The notes under the pieces were generated by a model that saw only the letters and a list, made by a program, of their open reading frames with translations, searched no databases and was not told the origin of the DNA. DNA of 61,107 bases, the filler included. It is 8 parts of 8 records of this genome, joined end to end, with 100 filler letters (N's around TTAATTAATTAA, not from the genome) between each part and the next. Parts side by side here need not be neighbours in the genome. Positions count along the whole stretch, not along the records: positions 1 to 11,460 come from SRR7504441_6051; positions 11,561 to 28,819 come from SRR7504441_6056; 6 more parts are not named here. The stretch is one strand, 5' to 3'. Shown here piece after piece: positions 1 through 12,844 of the stretch. Both the position numbers and the translations under genes were made by a program. The first letter of the stretch is position 1. The number at the start of each line of letters is the position of its first letter.

Positions 1-1662
1 CTCAGAGAGGATCAAGAGCCCTCCAGGTTTCAGCAATTTGTGTGTATGAGTCAGGGCGACTCGCAAGTTACGTGTAGCATGGAGCACGTTCACCGCAACC
101 ACACCAGTGAAACTGTGAGCAGAAAATCCCTGGTCGCAAGGATCTATCTCAGCATTGAAGATGCCATACCGTACAAAAGTATAGCGGTGGCGCCAACGGC
201 CTCTCGCACGATTAAGAAACGCATCTGAAAGGTCGGTGAACCAATATTCGGTATCGTCTGGTGGAAGTAAAGGTAGAATGCCTGTGGTCGTGCCGCCGGT
301 TCCTCCTCCAATTTCAAATAGTCGCAATGAGCACTGCATACTCACAGTATCGCGCACCAACGCCTTAACCAGCGCCTGAACCAGGCAGTTGTATAGCCGC
401 ATTGCAGAGCTATCAGCATAGACTGCCTCCGCTTCGTCCATGCTGCCCTGAGGGAACAGCAGCTCGAGGGGATCAACAGTGCCATCAAACACTTCTGCGA
501 GACGAGGTCCGCAACGCTCCACCATTGCAAGCGACGATGCGACTTCTGGGTAATCTTGAATTATCTCTTCATATGAGACATGCTCCAAGGTTTGCTCCAC
601 ATGCATGCTATTCACAAGACGAGGGTGCCATCGAGCCCAAAGCTTGCGGTGATGTTCAAGACGAATTTCATGCATTTCGATTGTAGCCAGGGCTGCCCGA
701 AGATATTGTCGTGCAAGTCTCTCCTGCTTGACAGCGCACACATCCATGCGACTCAGATTCAGAGAGATGTCACTGACAGCAGAACGCATAGCATCAACAG
801 CTAGGTTGGCGATCTTTGGCGATACTACCTTGTTGTGCGATGCCATTGAAGACAATGGATCGATAGCAGCTGCAAATCCAGACTTCACCAACCGGAGCCG
901 AAGATGTCCTCCTTGATGAAAGACCAACTCTGGCTCGTTGCCAAGTGAGGATGGATTTAGTCTTAAAACTGCATCCATATCAGGATTGGCAACAGGGCAC
1001 TCCAAACACTTGAGCCCCAGTGATGGTTGTTCGACTCTGGCGGAACGAGCAAAACCCCAGAGTCCTGCATGAGCCCAAGACCCCACTGGACTCAGACAAG
1101 AGACTATACCAGTGTGTGTTAGCACTATCACTTCGGATCTTGAGTGAGCAGCGGCTTTACTCAGCCGCAGAACGTCATTCTGGACTTCATAGTACGTCGC
1201 CCCCGGTGTCAGCGCACCAGCATAGATTACTTTGTGAGAACTCGAGCTTTTGAGAGCAGAGACATCAAAGTTGAGAGGCAGCACTACTCGTGCAGTTCGT
1301 GTCTTAAGAGGGATCTCGTCCAGTCCAATGGTTGGTACCCAAGCTTCCTCCAAGGGAGAGCGCATGGATGAGACACCTTTCAGCCCCTGGACATGACTGC
1401 TAGTGAGGTACGCAATCTTGGCTCCGCTGGTCGAGCTACATAGCCATCGAAGTGATGAATCAAACGTTCGAACCTGGCCTGCACTGGAAACGCCCCATAC
1501 CGTCTTATCCATGCAGTCATGGGTAGAACCTAGCCTCATTGTGCCCAAACTGCTGAGAATCGATGGTCGGCTGGCGTGGCCTGGATCAGCCAGGGCTGCG
1601 CTCTGGGCACCCATTGCCATTAGCACAGAGGCTCGAAGGTCACTGGCCTCAGGGATGCTCTC
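1..1662 (-). CDS. Final visible exon of the megasynthase: DH C-half, pseudo-KR and C-methyltransferase (absent from ORF track because it runs off the window)
   Basis: Hand translation shows no stop from 1662 to 1: DPLELLFPQGS..AVY, LFEIGGGTGGTT (SAM motif I), EYWFTDLSDAFL, NVLHAT, LLKPGGLLILSE. Confidence 0.93.
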
Positions 1663-4600
1663 CTGACACACACACTGTCAATGGCTTAGCAATACAAGCA
1701 CAAGCAAGTTACCAGGAAAAGCGACTGCTCTTCGAAGGTGAGCCTATCCACTAAAGTGAAGCCTGCATCGTCATTATTCTGCACTGCCCAAAACGAGTGC
1801 AGGCATCGGAAATCGCCACGCATATCGTTTCCAGTTGCTGCATACAATACCTCTCCATCGAATGTGCGGGAAGATGCTGTTGGAATGATCTCGAGATTGG
1901 GTTCAAGTCCTGATAAAGAAGAGAGCTCCACTATGGCATAACTGGCCTGCTCTGTCGACGAAGCTTGGGAGAAGATCTCAAACTGCTGGTGCCTGTCCGT
2001 AGCTAGCTCCCTCATCTGTAACATACACTCGAGCTGTTCGTCCGTGAGGAAAAGAGGTTGCAAAAACCGCGTGGCTGGAACTGTCATAGACCAAAGACCA
2101 GTTTGCTGATGATAGATGTTCCTTACCATCTGCATGTATGCTGTCCCAGGAAATAGTGGTGTCCTGCCCACACGGTGCTGCGCCATGTAATTGCAAGAGA
2201 CGGCTGGCCAGGAGCGCTCCCAGGTGGTAGGGTTGTGTGGTCTTAGCAGAGTCGAATCAAAGCGTTTCAGCTCCACGAGGTCGCTCCAAGTAAACACTGA
2301 GTGTCTGTATACAGTCGCACCAACTTGGGACAATGCACCTGCTAGGCTACTCTCCGGTGTTACAAGTGTCATGTTGTCAGATGCCAGCGTCGCATGACTG
2401 TTTGTGCCTGAGAAGCCAAACGAGCTCAATCCGAGGACCCTGGCCTGGCGAAAGTGACTCTCAGAGGTCATGAGAGCAGCGAAGCCCTCTAAGTCGCACG
2501 TCTCATTGCTCTGTTGCAAGTGCAGATTGGGAAGGAAAGAACCTGATTTCAAGATGTGCAATACTTTCGTCAAGCCAGCTACTGCAGCTGCCCCCTCCGG
2601 GTGCGCAATCAGTGATTTGATTGCCCCCAGGGCTAATGTGTCCGCTGACTCCGTGCAGCTACTCATCACCCTATGCAGCGCACCCACCTCTATCGGATCA
2701 CCCAAGGCAGTACCAGTACCATGCGTCTCCACCGAATATGCCTTAATCAAGCGTGCTTGGCTTTTTGCATCTGCGACCACCTTTTGTTGTGATGGGCCAT
2801 TCGGAGCCATGAAACTTGCGCTACGGCCGTCTTGACCGACAGCAGTCGAGGAGAGGTAAGCTATGGACCAAGCAGCACCTTTCTCGAGGAAAATGGCGCC
2901 ACACGCCTCAGAGCGGCCGTAACCGCTTGCAAGATTATCAAATGTCTTGCAGCGACCATGGACCGACAATGCATGCAGAGCACACATCGCTGCGAAGGAG
3001 AATGGGTGGAGGTTGAGACAGCAACCGGCGACGATGGCACTGTGAGAGCTCTGATGGTACAGGTTCTTATGCGCAATGTCTAAGGCCACTGCAGCCGAGG
3101 AGCATGCGGTGTTCACAGAAAGGCATGGCCCTTTGAGACCAAACAGGTAAGATAGGCGGCCTGAAGCTGAGCTGCCATCCTGGCCATGTGCGGTGTAGAC
3201 GCTCAGGGGGAGCTCCTGCTGCACAGCCACCCAGTCGAAATTGCACAGTCCAATGTAGACGCCCACTGCCATTCCTGCTAGGCCCGATTTGGTCCAACCA
3301 GCTTGCACTGCAGCACTAAAAGCGGCCATTAGAAGCAAACGATGGCTAGGATCGGTGTAGGTTGTCTCAGACTGATTCATCTCAAAGAATTGATCGTCAA
3401 ATCGCTCTATCCCAGTCATGAAATTGCCGTGCTCTGTGTACACGGCCTGGACTGCGTGGACATCGAACCTCAGGGTTGGTATGACGACTGTATTGTCCAC
3501 AGCACAGCACATGGAAGACCACCAAGATTTTGAGTCAGCAACGCCTCCAGGGGCAAGCATGCTCTGGCCACTAATCGCTGCTGTCACAGGAAACTGATCC
3601 TGCCTCAATGAATCTCTCTCTTCTGGAGAGGTATAGTCTCGTTGCTCTGCATGCTGGGATGCATTAACATACAGCGCCATGCTTCTCGTAGTCGGGTAAT
3701 CGAAAACAAGCGTGCGAGGTAGCTTGAGACCGAGGTCGCGCTGAAGAGTTGTGTGAATTCTGATCGAAGCCTGTGACTTAACTCCCGCTGCCATCAAGGG
3801 CACGTCCAATTCAGGAGCCTGCTCCATGACTTCTGTGATTCGTCTAGAGATCACCCGCTGAAGAGCAACAAGCTGCTCCACTGGAGCGCCTCTCCCATCT
3901 ATCCAGTCGTCTCTTCCAGGCTCAGCAAGACGAGATGACACCAAGCTGCCGTCAGATACATTTAGGCCGGATTCTATTAATGGTGGAACTGTCATGCAAG
4001 TGTCTGGCACACTACATAATACCAAATGAATGTTGTCGCCACTCGCCGAGGTTCCACTAACAGTTCCAACCCTCAACTTCTGTCCTGGCAGACTCATTGC
4101 TGCGCTAGGAACACACAGTACGCGAGCTTCGCGCAACTCTTTCATCAGCTGCAAGGTCATGTGTCCGGGCAGGCATTGATTTGACACTGCGAGGCAGGAC
4201 AATAGCAATCCGACGATACCAGCTGCGCTGACAGTGTGACCTGAGATAGCAAACACACAGTAAACATCAGACGGGCCTGAGGCGCACCAAAGTTGGTTTT
4301 GTGATCCAGGATCAGCAGTGGTGCAGTTGGCCGGTTAGAACGAATTCTATTGACCACTGCAAGCACCTCTGGAACGTCGGATTTGGGGTTGCCCTGGCAG
4401 TCACATTCACAGGGGGCAACTATTTGCGGGTATCTCACCATAGCATGTAAGTGGGTAAAGACGAGGTCTTTATCGGTGACATCAGCGCGCAGGAGGCTTG
4501 ATTGTGCCGCTTGCTGCATCCTCTGCGGGTCAGTAAATCCAGGAGGAGTCAATGTGCTGGTCCGACTTGTTGCCCTGTCCAGACCGAGTCATTTGCTGGA

Positions 4601-7600
4601 GCACAAAGGGTTAGCCACCAGCTTAAAAGACTCCCATGTGGTTGCGAGCTCAGAGGAAAGCTGCGACTGAGGAACAAAGCAGAAGAGCCCTCGCCCCAGA
4701 GCATTCCGTCCGCATTCTCTTGCAGGGGACGCATAGAGCCCGTTAGCGACAGGATGCTTCGCAGCAGGATTTCTACACCCCATTCTGGCCGGATCATTAG
4801 CGATACACCCGCAGCGACCGCAGTCTCACACAGCTGCTCAGCTAAAGACTCTGCGGCTTGAGAGACGGCCAGGTACCCAGAGGAGCAGACCGCCTCCACA
4901 TTGCTGTATGGGCCTTCAGTCCTCAGCAAACCAGCCAAAACTCGTGCAACCATGAAACTTGCCAGTGGGACTGTGTAGTCGCTGGTCTGTGCCGCTGTAA
5001 AGACTCCATACTTAGAGATACCAGTCGCATCGACTGCTTCCCTCACGGTCTTGCACAAGCAGTTCATATGGCTGTCCAGATCATCACGTGCACTGCTAAC
5101 AGCCAACAACTTGTCCTCTAAGAAAGCGCCACCTGCTGCAAGAAGCTGAATCGGCGCCTGAGCACACGCCTCCTTCCAGCGGGATGGCACATCTTTTGTT
5201 ATATGGCATCTCTGTTTGTGCAGATTCTCCCACAAATCCGCAGGTGAGAAAGTGCGACCAGCCAGCTTGCATGCAAAGCCAGTCAAGCTGAGACCCTCAG
5301 ACTTTGAGCATTGCAGAACTCGCGGGGCAAAGCAGCTGCTTCCTTTTGGTGCTACCTTGCTAACAAGCTCAACTAAATGTGTCGTGACTTTTCTCAGTGT
5401 CGGGTATTGGAATACCAGTGTGCTCTCGAGCTGCACTGAAGACCCAAGGTCGCGCTGCAGGGTGCTCACCAACTCTATCGCTGCAAGGCTGTCCAGTCCA
5501 TTATCCTCCAACAAATCATCTGGGCCGATGTTTTGTGAGGTGCACTGCTGGACAGCGCGCTGCACCGATAGTTCAATGTCTGCTTTGGAGAGAACAGCTG
5601 CAGTGCTTTGCTGCAGGTACGCTTGTGGAAGAGTGAAATCAGACAGATGGTCAGGAACGGTGCAGTAGAGAGTCAGAAACTGGTGCCACAACATATCGGC
5701 ATATGCAAGACAGGCGTCGTTTGAAACCATGGCCCATTGAATTGCCCACAATCCAATCGTGTTTGTGACCCCTCCTGCCACATACCCGGCTTTCCCTTCA
5801 GACGCCAAGTGGATCCAGTCAACCCCTGCAGCCATTCCAATATCTGTCCACGCGCCCCACTGCATACTGAGGGCCGCGAGCCCAGCAGCGCGGCGGTGCT
5901 GCACAAATGAGTCAAGACAACTGTTTGCTGCGCTGTACACGTGCTGATTGCGCACTCCGAACACTGCTGACGTGGAAGAAAATGCCACAAAGCATCGAAG
6001 GTCTTGATGTCTAATGCTATAGTCTAGATTGTGGGTTCCTTCAAGCTTTGGCGAGAGCACCATTGAAATTTCCTGTATCGAAAGAGCCTCAGTTGGGTTG
6101 GACTGAGCCATGCCAGCTGCATGGATCATGCCATCAACCTGAGGAGCTCGTTCTAGTGCACTAGCCACCGATTCTGCCACAGCAACCTCACATGACACAA
6201 TGTTTGAGCTAGTTGCTTTGCTACGCGAAAGCAACACCAGTCGAGGTGTACCATGCTGAACCATCCATTCTGCAAAGAACGACCCAAGCCCCCCCGTCCC
6301 GCCGGTCATGGCGTAGACCGAGCAGCAATCAAACCAAGGTGTCCTTAGCACCGCTAAGCTGCTGCGCGGCAGTCTGCCTAGCCGAGAGGTCTGATGCCGC
6401 CCATTCCAAACAACAACCAGCTCTGCCGTGAGACCGGACAGTGACTGCTCGTCCAATACATGCCGAGACCCTTTAATGTCGACGATGCTCCAGATTTGGG
6501 ATTGGCTGTCTAGACTCTGAGATCGAATAAATCCCAAAAGCACACTGTGCATCCACTGCCAGCAGGCAGGCCCAAGGGCTCCACAGGTCACCACGCACAC
6601 AGGAACCCCAGGTGGAAGATGTTTCCCAAGACTAATAATATCGGACATCAGAGCCACAACAGCAGCTGGAGTATGTGGCAGTCGCATTGCATCAATACAG
6701 ATCTTTTTGTCTGTAGTTTCATAGGGACCCAGTAAGCCCATCCCAGCATCAAGGATTAAGAATGGCGACTGGTTATTACGCTGCACTTGAGTTGTTGATT
6801 GCCATCTCGTCTGGTACGTGCAGCGGCGGAGCCGGTCACCTTCAAGGATGCCAGGTTCGAAGTATCCAGGCCTCCCACCATCCATGCGGCAAACTAATGC
6901 ACCACATTGGTTGTAAATCCCCGTAGAGCGAGACCAAAATGTAGCATTCTGGTCAAACCCGATGGAACTGATGACGCACTGATCCAGGCCGTCGAAGTAA
7001 AATGGATGACCTATACAACCTCGAGCATCTGCCAACACTGACGCATGTCCACTTGCATCCATCACAGCCACAGCTCGAAGCTCGAATTCCGTTGGATTGG
7101 TGGTCTCTGAGCTGAACTCGAGCTTCTCACAAATCTCATCATCTGCTAACCATACAGCGCTCACACATTGAAAATCTCCGCAATACTTGTTTCCGATCAT
7201 GGAGTACAGTGCATTGCCTTCTAACAGCAGCTCGGTACACGGAGTTTGAACCAGGTCGGGATCAACATCATCAACAGCAAACTCCGAGCACTCAACAATT
7301 TGCATGCTAAAGTTTGTATTCCACATCTCGATTTCAAAGTTGTAGGACTCGAGGATGACCCGCCGAGAGGAGCCATCTACAGAAGCGCGCATTTGTTTCG
7401 CAGTAACGCTAGAGTCTAGAAACATGAACGCTTTGAAGACAGCATCTGCAAGCTTCACTGCATTCATGGACGGAAAGAAGCGTTGACCTATGCAGCTGGC
7501 AGTTTTAAGGTAATAAGTTCCCGGGACGAGCGGGACTTCTCCAACAAGATGATTCTGAAGAAAGCTCAGAAAGGAGCAATCCCATTGATGCTGCCAGACT

Positions 7601-10600
7601 GGAGGATCTGACTGTCGACTGGACAACTGGCCTAGAAGAGAATGCCATCCATTCCTGCTATCATGGTGCATTTTGATCTCCCACCAGGCAAATGCCACCT
7701 GCTTGTACAGGACCAAGTTGTGCTTTTCGGTCGTAGCAACTTCCTGGGATCTAGACGACATGCACGACAGAATTGCATGAGCATTGGTGCCAGCATACCC
7801 GAATGAGCTCACCCCAAGCGCTCCGGTCAATGGCACACCCTGCGATGGCAACACTGAAGGAAGATCTTCCGCAACCAGTATATGAGGATTGACGGCGGAA
7901 AAGTGCAAATTTGGCCCAGCGCAGCCAACCAGAAGAGCACATACACACTTCACCACCCCACTCAATCCAGCAGCGAATTCTGAGTGGCCGAAGTTGCTCT
8001 TAAGCGCCCCAATTACACCATGACATCGTCCTGAGCGGCACCGGTGCACCTGAGCCAAGGCTGAGACTTCAATCGGGTCCCCAAGAGCTGTTCCCGTCCC
8101 GTGCGCTTCGACAGATTCGAGTTGCAATACATTAGCTGCGCCCAAGGCCTCCTCAACAACATGTCGCTGCGCCATACCATTTGGCGCCATGAAGCTTGCG
8201 CTTCGACCATCCTGATTGACTGAAGCAGCATCAATAATCACACGCCTCTGCTCTATATGCAACTTGGTAAAGAACACAGCGGAGCAAGCGTCACCCCGTC
8301 CGTATCCATCAGCTCTGCAATCAAACGTCTTACAGCAGCCATCGGGCGAGAGCGCTTGTAAAGCACACATCATTATCCACACTGCTGAGCCTATGGTCAA
8401 GTTGACCCCTGCACCGATTGCATGCTGACAGCTGGAAGTATTCAAGCACCGGCAGGCTGCGTCCAGAGCCACCAGGGAAGATGAACATGCCGTGTCAACG
8501 CTGAGGCACGGGCCAACTAGCCCCAGTAGGTATGATATCCGACCGCAGGCTGCTGCTGCATGGGCGCCATGTGCAGTGTAGGTACTGATCCGACCTATGA
8601 ACGAACTCCAACCTGTGGATCCGAAGCCCAGAAACACTGCGGTCCTAGAACCAGACAGAGATGTTCGTGTCTGACCTGCCGCAGCAACTGCTCCAAATGC
8701 TGTCTCAAGCAAGACCCGTTGGTGAGGATCAGTGGCCTGGACCTCTGCTGCGCCCATTTCAAAGAATTCTGGGTCAAACAGCTCAGGCTGCTTGATGAAG
8801 TGGCCATGCTGCACGTATATGTTATGCAGTTCTGACTGAGCGTAAGATTCAGGAATACTCTGCACTGACTCGTGTGCTTGAAGCAACGTGGCAAATAGTG
8901 CTGATGGACTTTTGCAGCTGTTGGGTGCAGAGCACTGAATGCCAGCTACAGAGCAGGAACTCTCAGTCTCCTCAGTCGAACACTGGCCCAGCAGCTTTGG
9001 GGCTACAGCGCCTGTATCAGGGTCGCTTAGTTTAAAATCGAGATATTCAGCAATGGCCGCTGCAGTGGGGTACTCAAACACTAGCGTCACAGGGAGCTGT
9101 GATGCGGCCGGTTGCATCAAGGCTTGAAGTGAACGACTCAGGCGCACAGCACTGAGTGAGGTCAGCCCAGCTTGCATGAGCGGTTGCGTCAGGCCCACGT
9201 GGTGCCCCACCAGAGCCTCTACCTGTTCGAGAACAGCATTCTCGATATGAAATCGAGAAGGACCACGCTGAGCAACGCTTCTTTTCACACCGTCTGTGAC
9301 ACTATCTGTCTTTGTGACGGCAACAGCCATAAGCTTGAGCAATCGCCGTCGGTCTAGCTTCCCGGAAGTGTTGAGTGGCCACTCGGCCAGTGCCAGCACC
9401 TCTGACGGCACCATGTAGGCTGGAAGTCTACGTTGGCACAACTCAACAACTGAGTCTGGCTCAGCGGTGTCAGGTACTATGTATGATATCAGTCGGTCGG
9501 CACCGGTGTTGGACCGCAGTATGACAGCATCCCGCACCCCTGGTGCAGTCCGTAACACAGTTTCTACCTCGTTGGCTTCTATGCGGTTGCCGTTGAGCTT
9601 GATCTGATAGTCAATTCGACCGAGAAACTCCAGGTTGCCACTCGCCAACCAGCGGGCCCGGTCGCCGGTGGCATAAAATCTGTGCTGTGCGCGGTGCACA
9701 AAAGCTTTGGCTGTCAGGTCAGGACGCCGCACATATCCCCGTGCTAGTTGCACTCCTGCAATAATCAAGTCACCTGGTGCATCAAGAGTGGACGAAACGG
9801 TCGGACAAAAACCAATGCGACAGCTGATATTTTGTAACGGCACCCCTATGGGCACTGCGCTTTCCCAAGCTCTGTTGACATTCGAAACACTTGCAATAGC
9901 TGCCTCTCCGGTGGTTTCCGTCTGGCCATAGATATTCCAAACAGTGCGAGGTCCCAGCTGTTGTAACTTGTAAATCAATGCAGTCGGGCATTCCTCGCCA
10001 CTGACTACAACTGTACACAGGAAAAGTGGCCATTTCCCGGCCCACAAGTCGACGAGAAGAGACAATACAGAAGGCACAAGCATTCCAAATGAAACAGCCG
10101 CTTGGGAGCAAAGCCGCAAAACAAGCTCCGGAAATAAAAATGCGCGCGGTCTTGATGTCACCAGTGTACTTTGATTCACGAGAGCACACCAAACCATCAC
10201 AAGTGAATCCACAAATGTGAAACTTGTCGCATAGAATGCAACATCTGTCTCTAATAGCAGGAGCTTGGTCGACAATCCAAGTGCGCAGTTGGTCAAAGAC
10301 TGATGAGCAAGGGCAACTCCCTTTGGAACTCCAGTGGAACCAGATGTATACAGGACACAGCACAACCCGTTGTCCCTGGCCCTGGGAGTACAACTCCTCT
10401 CCAGTACCTGTGGATTGGTGCTTTCCTCCTCTATCACCAGCACTGTAGTCTGTCCGAGCAGGAGCAAAGCAAATCTCTTCTGCGCCACCACCACGCCGCA
10501 TTCGCATTGCGTTACCAGATAACGCAGCCGCTCAACAGGGAATCTCGGGTCAAGAGGCACGTATGCGTACCCAACTCGCATGATCCCCACTATCCCCGCA

Positions 10601-11460
10601 ACCTCTTCTACACTCTTCTCTGTGCAGATCCCGATCAAACCCCGAGAAATGCTTGAGGTCAGCAGCCTAGCAGCCAACCGTGTGGTCCTCCTTTCCAGCT
10701 CGCTGAAGGTGACTACCTCGCCCTCAAAGATGACGCCAGCTGCTGCAGGGTTGCACGCTGCCACCAGCTCAAAGATGCTGGGCGCAGTGCCCCCAGCACA
10801 GAATGCCGATGCGGTAGCATTCCACCGCTGCAGAACCAGTTCAGCCTCACAGAGCAGTACCAGCGGCAGGTTGGCAATGGGAGTCCGTGGCTGGCTCACT
10901 ACTGCATGTATCAACTGTGCCAGTCGACGCTCCAGTCGGGCCACCTGCATGCCAACAGAGGTCAGTTGCAAGCAAAGGCGTGGTTTCACCGTTCCGGGCT
11001 GAAACATGGTGACATCGTAGCTGATATGGCCAGTCCATTCGCTTGAATTGCGACGAGATGGTGCTAGGTGAAGCTCCAGCTCCACACTGGCAGCCTGATA
11101 AAGCAAAGGTGTACACACTTCCAAACCTGTCATTGCCGGCATACTCGACTGACCAAAGCCTTCCTCCCACAAGAGCATGGTCTGGTACACTGGTGAGTGG
11201 GAACGACGGCGCTGGAGTTCTGACAGAGCCCCAACAACCTGTACAAATGGGACCGACCCATGACACAGGCATTCCAGCACCACCTTGCTTGTTTCTGCCA
11301 CCAGTGTGCTGAAACCAGCGTTGGAATTGATCGGTATCAAGGCTGCCAGCGTATTTACGAAGTAGCCCACAAGCGGTAGCACCAATTGGTGCTCTCGGTG
11401 AGCATACGGGAACCCCACCACCACTTCTGTCTGCCCAGTGTGCCAGTGTAGCAGTCCGGC
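1..11460 (-). CDS. Hybrid NRPS / trans-AT type I PKS megasynthase, internal fragment open at both ends, 5 short introns
   Basis: One frame after removing GT-AG introns 10989-10945, 4618-4575, 4438-4394, 4287-4241 and 1712-1663. Motifs in order: C-domain tail (GQTEVVVGFP..LVGYFVNTL); A domain (YTSGSTGVPKG, YGQTET, FYATGD, TSGKLDR); PCP (GLTSL); KS (DTACSS, HGTGT, KSNFGH); DH (HLVGEVPLVP); KR (TGGTGGLG, YSAAN); ACP (GLDSL); divergent KS; ACP (GVKS); KS (NTACSS, HGTGT); DH (HRVGRTPLFP); pseudo-KR (GLWGFARS); cMT. No AT domain. Confidence 0.95.
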
Positions 11461-11560
11461 NNNNNNNNNNNNNNNNNNNNNNNNNNNNNNNNNNNNNNNN
11501 NNNNTTAATTAATTAANNNNNNNNNNNNNNNNNNNNNNNNNNNNNNNNNNNNNNNNNNNN
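11461..11560. other. Artificial contig linker (N-run, TTAATTAATTAA, N-run); also at 28820-28919, 32681-32780, 39821-39920, 44257-44356, 53054-53153 and 56673-56772
   Basis: Seven 100-nt spacers of the same design with a six-frame stop cassette; genes are cut at them. Confidence 0.98.
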
Positions 11561-12737
11561 AGTTCGCTCCGCAGGCTCTTCCTCCCACTGGCCTCCACAC
11601 TGACTGCACCGCCAGACCCAACCCTCGCCCGCCCGCACGCACTCGGACCAGCTGTTCTCGCAATCCCGGCACCGGACCGTCCGCAGCTGGGCCGCCAGTC
11701 AGCTGGGCCCCAGCAGGCACTCACAGGGTCCACAGGCTCCATGCAGCGGGCACATTCGCACACAAACCCATGCGTGCTGAGCATTCGCTGCTGCCGGAGC
11801 CAGGTCGGCTGCAGGTAGTAGAAGGTGCCCCAGCTCTCCGACTGCGAGTAGGCCATGGTCAGCTGCTCGCCAGGCTCAATCTTCCGGAGCGCCTGTCCGC
11901 TGGCTCGGGCTGCGCCAGCTTAACTCTCGTACCAAGTGCTCGATCGCGTCCGCTGTGTGCAGCATAAGCGTGTTCGGGTCGCAGCTCTGCTGGACCCGGC
12001 AGTGCAGCGAGTACACCGCCTCCTTGGTGATGTTCCCGTCGCAGTGCAGCATCAGCCGGAACAAGTCATCTCCGACCAGCCCGACGGCTGCTGGCTCGTC
12101 CATCTCCTTGGCCACCGCGCGGCAGCCTGCCCGCAGCATGGCATAGAACGGATACCTGCCCGCCCCGTCGGCCAGCCCCCGGCCCGCCGCACCGTCCGGT
12201 GGCCGAATCTAGCGGCTCGTAGTATAGGCTAAACAGCCGCCCGCGCACCCGGGTCGGCCCAGTCAGCAGGCTGGCCAGCGCCCGACTGTAGTGCGCCTCG
12301 CCGGTCCCATAACGGGAAAACACGCGCTGGATCCGGGCGGCGAGGCTCCGCGCCTCCGGGCTCAGGTCGGCGCTGCCAAACCGGAACAGCACCGGCCCTG
12401 CGAACACGCTGACCCCTTGCTGCGTGTGCGGCTGTAGCACCACCAGCGCCAAGCCGGCATTGGGAGTCTGCTCGAGTGCGAGCCCCGAGGCCGCCAGCTC
12501 GGCCGCCTCCAGCGAGGCCGGGCAGCTCTCGGCGTGCGCCCGCTTGGCCAGCGGGGAGTCGAAGCGTTCGAGGCAGCGGCTGCACCGGAAGGGCGGTGGC
12601 GGGTCGGACGGGTAGGCCGGCGCGTCCGACGGCGGCGGCGGCGGGCTCTCGGGCTGGGCGGCGGGCGTAGCAGCCGGCTGCTCGCCGCTTGACTTGTTCT
12701 GCCGCCGAGCTGCTCGGCTCTTGGCGGCACGACCCAT
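11561..12737 (-). CDS. SMYD-like SET-domain protein with N-terminal C2HC zinc finger, spliced, 3' truncated by linker
   Basis: FRCSRCLERFDSPLAKRAHAESC; RVQQSCDPN; after an intron, ALRKIEPGEQLTMAY; post-SET HGFVCECARC. Confidence 0.8.
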
Positions 12738-12844
12738 GAGCACCGCGCGGGCAAAGGCCGGACCTCGATCTGCAGCAAGCTGTAACGGATTTGCGTCCCC
12801 GGCTGGCCGGCTCTTGTTGGTACATAGGCCTCCCGTCGGCTGTG

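Noticed and set aside
4157-4620. Frameshifts and stops making the PKS a pseudogene or three separate genes
   Set aside because: Each break coincides with a 44-47 nt GT-AG intron whose removal restores KS motifs in one frame.
11461-11560. TTAATTAATTAA palindrome recurring seven times as a biological repeat or recombination site
   Set aside because: It is always embedded in N-runs in a fixed 100-nt format; it is an assembly concatenation linker.
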